Shown here one piece after another: positions 1 to 7,999 of a stretch of 18,198 bases of DNA. The stretch comes from Candidatus Woesearchaeota archaeon (GTDB lineage: Archaea > Nanobdellota > Nanobdellia > Pacearchaeales > GW2011-AR1). Made by a program: the position numbers and the translations under genes. Location of the stretch: positions 28,448 to 46,645 of the forward strand of contig CAZHCL010000006.1 of assembly GCA_964530955.1 (NCBI GenBank). Reading direction: 5' to 3'. Below the pieces are notes generated by a model. That model saw nothing but the letters and a program-made list of their open reading frames with translations, had not been told where the DNA came from and ran no database searches. Position 1 is the stretch's first letter. Each line of letters begins with the position of its first letter.

Positions 1-740
1 TCAATCTCTTTATACTGAACTTTTGAATTTTGATTTGATTGATTAGACATTGCCTTGAATGATTTCTGAGTTTCAGTCATCTCTTTTTTTATGTCTTCAA
101 CATTTGTAACGTATTCTCCGACTTTTTGAAGAATTGAAAGCTGTAATCTATCAATAACTTTTTCTATTCTCTTTAATCTATCATCTACTCCTGCGAGCTT
201 TGCTTCCATTGATGTTTTAAGGTCTATTATTGATTCTAATTGTCTTCTTAGAGAAACCATTTTTTCTGCCATTACCTGTTCAGCTATTTCTGATATTACA
301 TCTGTGCTTGTTCCTGAATCGTAGGGGGAATATTCTTGATATTGTTGTTGGTATTGCTGCTGATAACCTGTATTGTCTGGAGCAGCATATTCTTGCTGTT
401 GTGGTTGTTGCTGTTGCGGCTGCTGGGCATATTGAGGATATTGCTGACCTTGCGGGTCTGCTGCAGTTTGATTGGCTGATTGATTGGATGGCATTTCAGA
501 TTGATTTTGGTCGGTATTTCCAGAACTTATTATTGATTGCTGCAAATCTTGAGTTCGGGTTGGATATGAAGAGACCATGCTAGAATCAGAAGAATCAGAA
601 ACTGCCTGTTTTATTCTTGCCTGTGCGATTGCGTCTGCAGCATCTCTCCCTGAAAATCCTCTTTGCTGCATGAACATACTAATTTCATCATCTGATTTTC
701 CATCTGCCTGCATCTGCTTTATTTCATCAAGTATTGCCAT
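1..740 (-). CDS. Partial (3' end runs off the window) hypothetical protein, >246 aa: N-terminal helical domain, Q/P/Y-rich low-complexity linker, C-terminal coiled coil
   Basis: Hand translation: open frame from ATG at 740 to the window edge, MAILDEIKQMQADGKSDDEISMFMQQRG...QQYPQYAQQPQQQQPQQQEY...EIAEQVMAEKMVSLRRQLESIIDLKTSMEAKLAGVDDRLKRIEKVIDRLQLSILQKVGEYVTNVEDIKKEM. It starts 6 nt after the stop of the upstream minus-strand gene. Absent from the ORF track. Confidence 0.85.
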   Translation of the reverse strand, partial: MAILDEIKQMQADGKSDDEISMFMQQRGFSGRDAADAIAQARIKQAVSDSSDSSMVSSYPTRTQDLQQSIISSGNTDQNQSEMPSNQSANQTAADPQGQQYPQYAQQPQQQQPQQQEYAAPDNTGYQQQYQQQYQEYSPYDSGTSTDVISEIAEQVMAEKMVSLRRQLESIIDLKTSMEAKLAGVDDRLKRIEKVIDRLQLSILQKVGEYVTNVEDIKKEMTETQKSFKAMSNQSNQNSKVQYKEI

Positions 741-746
741 CTTTTT

Positions 747-1046
747 TTATTTTCTTATAAGGTCCAATTGCCTTTGGACTATTGCAACTTCTTCTTTTCT
801 TGCAACATTATTCAGTTGCTCTGTGACTCTTTCAAGTAGCTCTTTAATTCTTGAGCTGTCTTCTTTCATCAGGAGCATTGATTTTTTCATCTCCCGTATT
901 TCTTTGAAAGTTTTCTCTCTTTCTTCTACCAGAGTCTGACCTATTAATAAAATGCGGTCCTTTAATAAACGTTGCTTTTCCTCCATATCTCTCAGCTTGG
1001 CAGAAAAATCACCGAAAGGAGCAGGTTGGACATATGCATCAGTCAT
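747..1046 (-). CDS. Coiled-coil hypothetical protein, ~99 aa (start moved from 1190 to 1046)
   Basis: MTDAYVQPAPFGDFSAKLRDMEEKQRLLKDRILLIGQTLVEERE... shows heptad-like periodicity. A TTTTAAA box on the minus strand (1074-1068) lies 22-28 nt before ATG 1046, and this start removes the overlap with the divergent gene at 1182. Confidence 0.8.
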   Translation of the reverse strand: MTDAYVQPAPFGDFSAKLRDMEEKQRLLKDRILLIGQTLVEEREKTFKEIREMKKSMLLMKEDSSRIKELLERVTEQLNNVARKEEVAIVQRQLDLIRK

Positions 1047-1067
1047 TTCTATAACAGGCTCTCGGGG

Positions 1068-1160
1068 TTTAAAATAGTTTGCCCAGTCGGAAGTGCTAAG
1101 TTCTTGTGGCTTGAATAATGATTTTAATAAACGTGGCTCAATAAGGGATAAATATTTAAT
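1068..1160. promoter_or_regulatory. Divergent promoter region with back-to-back TATA boxes
   Basis: TTTTAAA (minus, 1074-1068) and TATTTAAT (plus, 1153-1160), each 22-29 nt before an ATG. Confidence 0.6.
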
Positions 1161-1181
1161 ACTAGTAAATGTCTTAGAAAT

Positions 1182-2057
1182 ATGCCTCATGAATTTAGGA
1201 AATTTGAATGGAAAAATTTATTTGGATTGCCTATTTTTCCTTCTCTAAAAAAATATTATCAAAAAGATACAAGTAGAGGATTTCTTATTTTCAAACCTAG
1301 TGAATATAAATCTACAGATTCACAAGAACGCGCGAAAATGGCTTATCAAGATGCAAAAAATCATGCTAATTTTTACAAGACTTTAGTAAAAAAACATCTT
1401 TTGCCACCTGAAACTAAAGTTAAGGCCAAAAGAATAAAGCATAGTGATTCATATCATGTTGAAATTGTTATGCCCCATGTTCCTTGGGAGTATATGGATA
1501 TGGTTAGAGATATTCGAAGCAGAGCAGGATATAGAAGTGGTGACGAACAATCAGCACATTACTCAGTTGTAGATACTAAACGAGAGATTAAAGAGGCAGC
1601 AAGAAGTAAAGGTTATGATTATACTCATTTCATATCTACTACTAGCGGAACAAGACGTGACGAACGGGGAGAGTTCAGTGGCGACCTTAATGACTATGTA
1701 AATTATCGTTTTTACCGAAATGGAGGGGTTGCATATATTGATGCAGAAATATTGACAACAAAATTGCCTTTCAAAGGTAGAAAAGAAGCACATATGGAAT
1801 TTATGTCTAGAAGAAACAGAGAAGAATTTATGGAAGAAAGAAGAAAAGAGAAAGAAAATCTAGAAAAAAGGATTGAAAAACCTAAGATGTCAGTGCTAAT
1901 ATCGTGGGTAAGTTTAATATCTTCTATTTTGTTAGTTTCATTTAATCTAACAGGTAATGTTATCGCCAATTCACCCAACGTGACTTTGAATTGGGTTGGT
2001 GGAGTCTTATTTGTAATTGGCTTAATCGGGTCTTTGGTTTATTTCAGGAAAAGATAG
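1182..2057 (+). CDS. Membrane-anchored protein: candidate atypical protein-kinase-like N-terminal domain plus a C-terminal 2-TM 'LTGNVI' hairpin
   Basis: Two hydrophobic helices at the C-terminus around SFNLTGNVI, ending in RKR. Motifs in kinase order: LIFK(38), LLPP..., EIVMPHV, GD(168)LNDYVN(174), VAYID(187). TATA box at 1153-1160. The gene itself is well supported; the kinase call is tentative. Confidence 0.6.
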   Translation: MPHEFRKFEWKNLFGLPIFPSLKKYYQKDTSRGFLIFKPSEYKSTDSQERAKMAYQDAKNHANFYKTLVKKHLLPPETKVKAKRIKHSDSYHVEIVMPHVPWEYMDMVRDIRSRAGYRSGDEQSAHYSVVDTKREIKEAARSKGYDYTHFISTTSGTRRDERGEFSGDLNDYVNYRFYRNGGVAYIDAEILTTKLPFKGRKEAHMEFMSRRNREEFMEERRKEKENLEKRIEKPKMSVLISWVSLISSILLVSFNLTGNVIANSPNVTLNWVGGVLFVIGLIGSLVYFRKR

Positions 2058-2115
2058 ATCTTCTCGGTAAGTTCATGGAAAGCTATTTAATCTTAATCTG
2101 GGTTAGATAATCAAA

Positions 2116-4374
2116 ATGATATTCAAGGACAAGGCGCCGCTATACTCTACGGAGGTGGAAAGAAGACAGGGTGAGGAGATTCTTTACATTAATTTTATGA
2201 ATGCTCCTTTCATCCCTAGTCTTGCCGATGATCCTACAATAATGGGGAGAGTGGTAGATGCGCTTGCTGAAAATCCTGAAATTTCTAGAATTGTTTTTGT
2301 GCAGCAGAGAAATTATAATTATCCTTTTAATCAGATTACATTACTTTCTGAGATAGCCAGAATATACAATTATCTTACTAAACAGGAGGGTTTGCTTTCT
2401 CCTGACAAATTGAGGGTTTATGGAAATGTTCCCGAAATATACGAAGAGATGAGCTCTTTTGTTGGATTACTTAGACAAGATCCGTTATATTGCTATGATA
2501 AATTGAGGAGAAAAATAACTTCTCTTAGACAGGAAAGCCAGACAAATAATCAGGTAATGGGATACCTTAGATTGCTTGAGAGAATTATCTCTTTGCTTGA
2601 TGAGACTGCCATAATAAAAAATTATAGGGATAAAATTGAACTTACTGGAAGACAGGGAAGGGAAATTTATAATAGTATTTTTAGAGCAGATATACTTCCC
2701 AACTTTACTTTTACAAGGCTTGTTGCTCAATTGCCTGATGATGCAGAGCTTGTTGACCAGTATGAGTTAGATTTTCAGTCTGAAAATGCAACTGTAACTG
2801 TGATGAAAAGAAAAAATGATTCTAAATTCTTTTATCATTTGATGCCTCCCGAATATTCTTTGAGTGAGGATCATCATTATTTATTGAATTTAGCTAGGAA
2901 TGTTTTAATTGAACATAGACCAAAGGCAGAGGAATTTACTGACCCTGAAAAGACAAGACATGTTTTTTTCAACGTTGCGAAAGATTTACTAAATGAATTA
3001 AGTCAGAATAAAAAAATAGGGCTGACTTACAATGAACTTAACAAACTTGCTAGGATTCTTGTAAGATATACAATAGGATATGGGATAATTGAAGTTCTTC
3101 TTGCTGATAGTAAGTTACAAGACGTTTCACTAAATGCTCCCATTGCGCAGAACCCTGTTTTTGTAAGGCATCAGGATTATGATGAATGCGTTACTAATAT
3201 AATCCCTAGCTATGAAGATGCCGATTCTTGGGCTGGAAAATTAAGATTGCAGTCAGGCAGACCTCTTGATGAAGCGAATCCTATTTTAGATACTGATTTG
3301 GTTTTTGGGAATGTACGAGCGAGAGTCGCTGCTGTAAAAGAGCCTTTGTCTCCGCAGGGACTTGCCTATGCTTTCAGAAGACATAGAGATGATCCTTGGA
3401 CCTTGCCATTGTTTATCAAAAATAAAATGATTAATTCATTTACTGCTGGGCTGCTTAGTTTCTTGGTTGATGGTAACAGGACTTTATTAGTTGCAGGAAC
3501 AAGAAGCTCAGGAAAGACTTCTCTTCTTGGAGCTTTAATGTTAGAGGTAATGTCAAAAGTAAGAATCATTGTAATTGAAGATACTTTGGAACTTCCTGTT
3601 GACTCTTTAAGAAAAAATAATTATGATATTTTAAGAATGAAAGTTAGAAGTGCATTGCTGGAGGGAACAACAGAAGTTGAGGCATCTGAAGGTATAAGGA
3701 CAAGCCTGAGACTTGGAGATTCTGCGCTTATTATTGGAGAAGTAAGAAGTTCTGAAGCTAAGGCATTGTATGAAGCTATGAGAGTTGGGGCTTTGGCAAA
3801 TATGGTTGCAGGAACTATTCATGGAGATTCTCCCTATGGTGTTTTTGACAGAGTTGTAAATGATTTGGGAGTTCCAGAAACAAGCTTCAAGGCAACGGAT
3901 TTAATTATTGTGGCAAATCCAGTTAGAACTCCTGATGGGTTGCATAATAAAAAGAGAGTTGTAAGCATAACTGAAGTTAGAAAACATTGGAAAGAAGATC
4001 CTATGGAAGAAAAAGGATTTGTTGACCTTTTGAATTACAATGTTGAAAAAGATTCCCTTGAACCTACTGCGGAATTGATGAATGGAGATTCTGAAATAAT
4101 CAAGAGCATTGCGGGAAGTGTGAAGGGATGGGCTGGAAATTGGGATGCTGTTTTTGATAATATAATATTGAGAGGTAAAATAAAGCAGGAGATAGTTGAC
4201 CTTGCTGAAAAGCTGAATAAGCCTGCTTTGCTTGAGGCTAAATTCAATGTTCTTTCAAACAATGCATTTCATAGAATAAGCGATGAAATAAGCGGAGAGT
4301 TCGGTCTTCCTATTAGTGAACAAGTTTTCCCAAGATGGCAGCAATGGGCTTATGATACTGCCAAGAGTTTTTGA
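2116..4374 (+). CDS. Type II/IV secretion / type IV pilus assembly ATPase (VirB11/TadA/PilB/FlaI family) with a long N-terminal extension
   Basis: Walker A GTRSSGKT (aa 461-468), Asp box IIVIEDTLEL, Walker B LIIGEVRSSEA, His box GTIHGDS, and GRPLDEANPILD. TATA box at 2084-2091. Confidence 0.95.
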   Translation: MIFKDKAPLYSTEVERRQGEEILYINFMNAPFIPSLADDPTIMGRVVDALAENPEISRIVFVQQRNYNYPFNQITLLSEIARIYNYLTKQEGLLSPDKLRVYGNVPEIYEEMSSFVGLLRQDPLYCYDKLRRKITSLRQESQTNNQVMGYLRLLERIISLLDETAIIKNYRDKIELTGRQGREIYNSIFRADILPNFTFTRLVAQLPDDAELVDQYELDFQSENATVTVMKRKNDSKFFYHLMPPEYSLSEDHHYLLNLARNVLIEHRPKAEEFTDPEKTRHVFFNVAKDLLNELSQNKKIGLTYNELNKLARILVRYTIGYGIIEVLLADSKLQDVSLNAPIAQNPVFVRHQDYDECVTNIIPSYEDADSWAGKLRLQSGRPLDEANPILDTDLVFGNVRARVAAVKEPLSPQGLAYAFRRHRDDPWTLPLFIKNKMINSFTAGLLSFLVDGNRTLLVAGTRSSGKTSLLGALMLEVMSKVRIIVIEDTLELPVDSLRKNNYDILRMKVRSALLEGTTEVEASEGIRTSLRLGDSALIIGEVRSSEAKALYEAMRVGALANMVAGTIHGDSPYGVFDRVVNDLGVPETSFKATDLIIVANPVRTPDGLHNKKRVVSITEVRKHWKEDPMEEKGFVDLLNYNVEKDSLEPTAELMNGDSEIIKSIAGSVKGWAGNWDAVFDNIILRGKIKQEIVDLAEKLNKPALLEAKFNVLSNNAFHRISDEISGEFGLPISEQVFPRWQQWAYDTAKSF

Positions 4375-4427
4375 TTGTATAATTTAAAATATAAATAGAT
4401 TTAAACTCTATTTGTGAAGATAATTTT

Positions 4428-4832
4428 ATGGAAAGGGAACCTGATTTTTTTGGCAATTGGTCTGTAGGAAATCCATTACTTGGAGCTCTTGCTTCTGCGT
4501 TTGACGACTATGGTTCTTTTAGAATGTATGTTAATGGAAGGCCGCCTTTAAGAGAAGGAGTAGAAAAAATAACTGGAACTATCGAAGATCAGTATGACTG
4601 GGCTATGTTTGATGGAGAGCTATCTGGGCAGGAAATGAGTTTCATGAAAATTTATTCTCCGCAAGCTATTGCAAGAGGAGCAGCACCAAATGGAGTTAGA
4701 TATGCAGGGATTAAATTTCCAGACTCTTTCAGAGGCAAATTTACGGTCGTTAATGGAACTTCTGGGGGAGTTACGGCTGACTGGCAGGGCGAGTTTTATG
4801 TTATTCCAACGGAAGCAATTAGGGGTAATTAA
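4428..4832 (+). CDS. Hypothetical protein, 134 aa, predicted all-beta (Gly/aromatic strand pattern)
   Basis: Alternating strand motifs ITGTIEDQY, FDGEL, SFMKIY, VRYAG, FRGKF, WQGEFY. Own TATA (GATTTAAA 4398-4405) 23-30 nt before the ATG. Confidence 0.7.
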   Translation: MEREPDFFGNWSVGNPLLGALASAFDDYGSFRMYVNGRPPLREGVEKITGTIEDQYDWAMFDGELSGQEMSFMKIYSPQAIARGAAPNGVRYAGIKFPDSFRGKFTVVNGTSGGVTADWQGEFYVIPTEAIRGN

Positions 4833-4848
4833 AACTAATTTTTTACTT

Positions 4849-7008
4849 TTACAACGAATTCAGAGATATCGCTGCGAGCAAGCTCAGAGCGATTATCGAG
4901 CCGAGAGCAGTTATGACATAAAGATAAATGCCTCTTCTGAGATTCTTTGCTAAATCATACTTTTCTTTAAGAGGGTCTCTGCCAGCATCAATGGTTACTA
5001 ATGCTCCAGAAAGGATGAATATTATTTCGACTATGTAAAGACCTATGCTTACTTGTATATAATATGGGGGAATCATTTTTGTAAGGTCAAATATGGATAT
5101 TATTGAACTGAATGTTCCTGTTCCTAATGTGCTGCTTAGGTCTTGGGTTGAAAGAGTTGATTGGAATCCCTGCAATTTGTTTAAAATAAGAGTTATCATT
5201 GATGAAAGTCCTACAACTATTCCTGCAAGCAAGGGTGCAAGGAAAGTCATGTTGGCGCGCATGTCAGAGACAACTTCTGCTAAAAGGTCTCTAAGTCTTT
5301 GATTTATTTTTTGAATGTTTTTGACATAATCTGAAATGGACATTAATGAACGTGCTGCCACCTGAAGACCTTTCTTTACTGATTCAACTAAAACTCTCAT
5401 TGAAGTGGAGATTAATGAAGAAGGATAGTAGGTTATTGCTCCTCTTTTTTTATCGAATATGGCATTTTCTACAGACATTCCTGCCTGTTGGATATTAAGG
5501 TTTACAATCGAGAAGAAACTTTGTGTTGCTTGTCCTTGCGTGCTTTCTGCAACTCTTCCGAAGGCCATTTCGGCTGGTAGACCATCACCCAATCTATTTC
5601 CCAGCTGGAAAATGGAATTTGTGAATTCTTCTTCTAAGGTTTTTGTTTTCTCTCTTGCTTTTATCAAGTCTTTTGTCTTTAGTCGGTATGCTGTTGAGAA
5701 GAAAATGGCTATGCTAAGGGGAACAAATATACTCAACAGAACTCCTGCTAACCCAAAGGGGCCCACTATACTTCCATCTATTATTTTAAAGTCAAAAAGT
5801 TTGCTGTTTGCAATTGAACTTGCAGATATTCCTATATCTCCAAATGTGTAATCGCTTTTCAATCCTAAAGCGGAGGTGAGGAAACTAATCTGGAATATGA
5901 ATGGCAGGATTCCTATAATGAAAAGAGGGAATGCTACTAAAAATGCCCTTATCCAGGGCTTTCTTGAAGTGAATTTAGAATAATCTGGATTCATCTCGAG
6001 GACGGATGACTCCCCATAGCCTCCAGGTCTTTTTAGAAGAACTTCAGAGGCCATGTAAAATACAAAGAATGGAATGATTATATTGAATATGAGAAAGACG
6101 TGTTGCCATTGCACTGCTCCCTGCAACAAAGTTGAAGCTAATGGAAGAAGGGCAAGAGCAAGCGTTGGAAGAATTATTCCAAGCATGTAAATATTTGTCA
6201 TAGGTGCTCTTATTTCTCTGGAATATTTTAGCATCTTTTCGTAAACGCCATCTAAAATGACTTGGAGTGATTTTTCTAAAATTTCTACTCTTCTATTCTC
6301 TGAAGGTTCATACAACGAAGATTCAACAAGGTGAAATGACTCAACAAACTCAGGTGAATAATCTCTCCAGGTTTCAAGGTAATTATCAAGAGCTTGCTTT
6401 ATTGTGGAATATTTTCCTATTTCTATATCATAGAATATTTTTTTAAAGTCAAGGGCGAGGGCTCCTTCGAGATGCTGTGAGGCAAACTCGATTGCTCTTT
6501 CAAGATTTGAGGTGTGCTTCATATAAATTACTACATAAAGAATTGCGGGAACCATCTGTGAGGAGGCTTGGAGTCTCCAGGCGTTTGCAAGTCTCTTTGG
6601 CATGGTGTAAGTATAATAAAATACGAAGAAGCTAGCTATTACTCCAAGGAAGAAAAATAGTAATTGCAATGAGCCATTTATCAGGTAAAATGCTAATGTG
6701 ACAAGAAGAGTTCCTATAAACACTGTGAGCATTGAAAGCACACAGAGAGTTAATGCTTGGCTGGGATTTACATCAAGATGTGCTGTTTCAAGCTGTTTTT
6801 GTATTTTGACTCTATCTTTTTCAGCTATTTTTATTGAAACTAGATTTCCAAGAGATTTTGCCCATTTTTCATATCTTGAGGGGAAGGATATCATTTCATT
6901 CTTGAATTCAAGATACTCTCCTGAAGAAGGGGCTTCATAGGAGGAAGATTCCAGAGTTTGTTCGATTTTCTTGCTATACTTGTCTAATATGTCCTTAGTT
7001 GTTACCAT
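4849..7008 (-). CDS. Type II secretion system F / TadB-TadC-like pilus inner-membrane platform protein with two GspF-type domains
   Basis: 719-aa polytopic protein. Two cytoplasmic GspF-like segments (VIYMKHTSNLERAIEFASQHLEGALALDF; EEEFTNSIFQLGNRLGDGLPAEMAFGRVA) are each followed by TM bundles. It lies near the ATPase and the pilins. Confidence 0.88.
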   Translation of the reverse strand: MVTTKDILDKYSKKIEQTLESSSYEAPSSGEYLEFKNEMISFPSRYEKWAKSLGNLVSIKIAEKDRVKIQKQLETAHLDVNPSQALTLCVLSMLTVFIGTLLVTLAFYLINGSLQLLFFFLGVIASFFVFYYTYTMPKRLANAWRLQASSQMVPAILYVVIYMKHTSNLERAIEFASQHLEGALALDFKKIFYDIEIGKYSTIKQALDNYLETWRDYSPEFVESFHLVESSLYEPSENRRVEILEKSLQVILDGVYEKMLKYSREIRAPMTNIYMLGIILPTLALALLPLASTLLQGAVQWQHVFLIFNIIIPFFVFYMASEVLLKRPGGYGESSVLEMNPDYSKFTSRKPWIRAFLVAFPLFIIGILPFIFQISFLTSALGLKSDYTFGDIGISASSIANSKLFDFKIIDGSIVGPFGLAGVLLSIFVPLSIAIFFSTAYRLKTKDLIKAREKTKTLEEEFTNSIFQLGNRLGDGLPAEMAFGRVAESTQGQATQSFFSIVNLNIQQAGMSVENAIFDKKRGAITYYPSSLISTSMRVLVESVKKGLQVAARSLMSISDYVKNIQKINQRLRDLLAEVVSDMRANMTFLAPLLAGIVVGLSSMITLILNKLQGFQSTLSTQDLSSTLGTGTFSSIISIFDLTKMIPPYYIQVSIGLYIVEIIFILSGALVTIDAGRDPLKEKYDLAKNLRRGIYLYVITALGSIIALSLLAAISLNSL

Positions 7009-7075
7009 CTTTTTTCAGTTATTTTACTGGCTTAGAAAGGAAAATGTAAGTTATAAATTGTGCGGTTTATTATTG

Positions 7076-7480
7076 CTAAGATTCCATAAAGTTCATAGTC
7101 TTTTTGAAGCCAAGCTTTTTGAAAATATTTAGGTTTCTATCAGCAGTAAGCAAAACCATTTTTCTTTTTGGTGTTTTTCTATTTTTATACTTCAAAGCTT
7201 CTTTAATAAGAGTTTTGGCAATTCCTTTATTCCTCCACTCTTTTAGGACATATATATCTTCAAGCCACAGCCACCTACTATCTTTATCTTTTCTTAAGGA
7301 GAGATATCCTATAATTTTGCCTTTTTCTTTTGCTGTTATATAGACTTGTTTTTTGTTTTTAATTATGGATATAAAGTCAGACCTGCTGTTAGGATTCCAC
7401 CATTTCAATTCTGAGTGGGCTATCAAATCTATTTTGGCCAGTTCAGTTGCATCCGCTAATTTTGCAAATTTAGTTTCCAT
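7076..7480 (-). CDS. GNAT family N-acetyltransferase
   Basis: KIIGYLSL...LWLEDIYVLKEWRNKGIAKTLIKEA (acetyl-CoA motif A) and C-terminal IFKKLGFKK. Confidence 0.92.
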   Translation of the reverse strand: METKFAKLADATELAKIDLIAHSELKWWNPNSRSDFISIIKNKKQVYITAKEKGKIIGYLSLRKDKDSRWLWLEDIYVLKEWRNKGIAKTLIKEALKYKNRKTPKRKMVLLTADRNLNIFKKLGFKKTMNFMES

Positions 7481-7503
7481 ATTTTAATTAATAATTGATA
7501 GAT

Positions 7504-7529
7504 TATTAATTTATCTAAATAGTTATATA
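7504..7529. promoter_or_regulatory. Divergent TATA boxes for the GNAT gene and the wHTH gene
   Basis: ATTAATAA (minus, 7511-7504) and TTATATA (plus, 7523-7529) at leaderless spacing from ATG 7480 and ATG 7552. Confidence 0.55.
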
Positions 7530-7551
7530 GGTATTTCTTATTTCTATAAGC

Positions 7552-7956
7552 ATGCTAGAAACATATTATCTTAGGGAATCTTTAGTTCTTTTAACATTGG
7601 AAGAATTGGAAACCAGAAATCTTGCTCCAATTAGAGAGTATGAATTTCATCAACTTGTAAGAAAAATTCAACCCCAAGACCAAATAGTTTTTAGGTACAT
7701 AGATGAGCCAATTTCCTATAGTTATGACTTAAGTGGATTTATTGAAATGTTGGAAAGGAAAGCTCTTGTAGATAATTTCATTCTTATTAATGGAGGGCTT
7801 ACTCGTACTAATAATTACCAGCTGACTCGAGTTGGAAGAGCAGAAGCTCGGGATTGGATGCAAGATGTTCGTCTTAGAAGAGATTTGACTGAAAGGATAC
7901 GTCTGGGCATTGAATCTTCTGTTCTTTTGCTTACCGAATCTTTAGAAGTCAGATAG
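7552..7956 (+). CDS. Winged-helix protein (YwgA/SocA-like pattern)
   Basis: P-x-SYDL...IEMLERKALV...YQLTRVGRAEA matches the wHTH wing signature. Own TATA (TTATATA 7523-7529). Confidence 0.6.
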   Translation: MLETYYLRESLVLLTLEELETRNLAPIREYEFHQLVRKIQPQDQIVFRYIDEPISYSYDLSGFIEMLERKALVDNFILINGGLTRTNNYQLTRVGRAEARDWMQDVRLRRDLTERIRLGIESSVLLLTESLEVR

Positions 7957-7969
7957 TTTAGTAGCAACA

Positions 7970-7978
7970 GATTTAATA
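7970..7978 (+). promoter_or_regulatory. TATA box at the head of the pilin array
   Basis: GATTTAATA 22-30 nt before ATG 8000. Confidence 0.6.
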
Positions 7979-7999
7979 ATACTGGAAATATATTTTTAT

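Noticed and set aside
321-446. DNA microsatellite or contingency locus in the CAG/CAA-rich tract
   Set aside because: CAA and CAG codons are mixed and interrupted, which points to protein-level low complexity rather than a perfect slippage repeat.
230-939. Track ORFs 230-583 (+) and 577-939 (+)
   Set aside because: Antisense shadows of the two real minus-strand genes; they have no promoter or recognisable motif.
1047-1190. N-terminal 48 codons of track ORF 747-1190
   Set aside because: They span both divergent promoters and overlap the start of the 1182 gene; the TATA spacing supports ATG 1046.
1563-7343. Track ORFs 1563-1793, 1712-1978, 2485-2730, 3366-3569, 3631-3822, 4035-4262, 4669-4953, 5093-5302, 5459-5851, 6698-6940, 7104-7343
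   Set aside because: Antisense or alternate-frame ORFs lying within or across well-supported genes.
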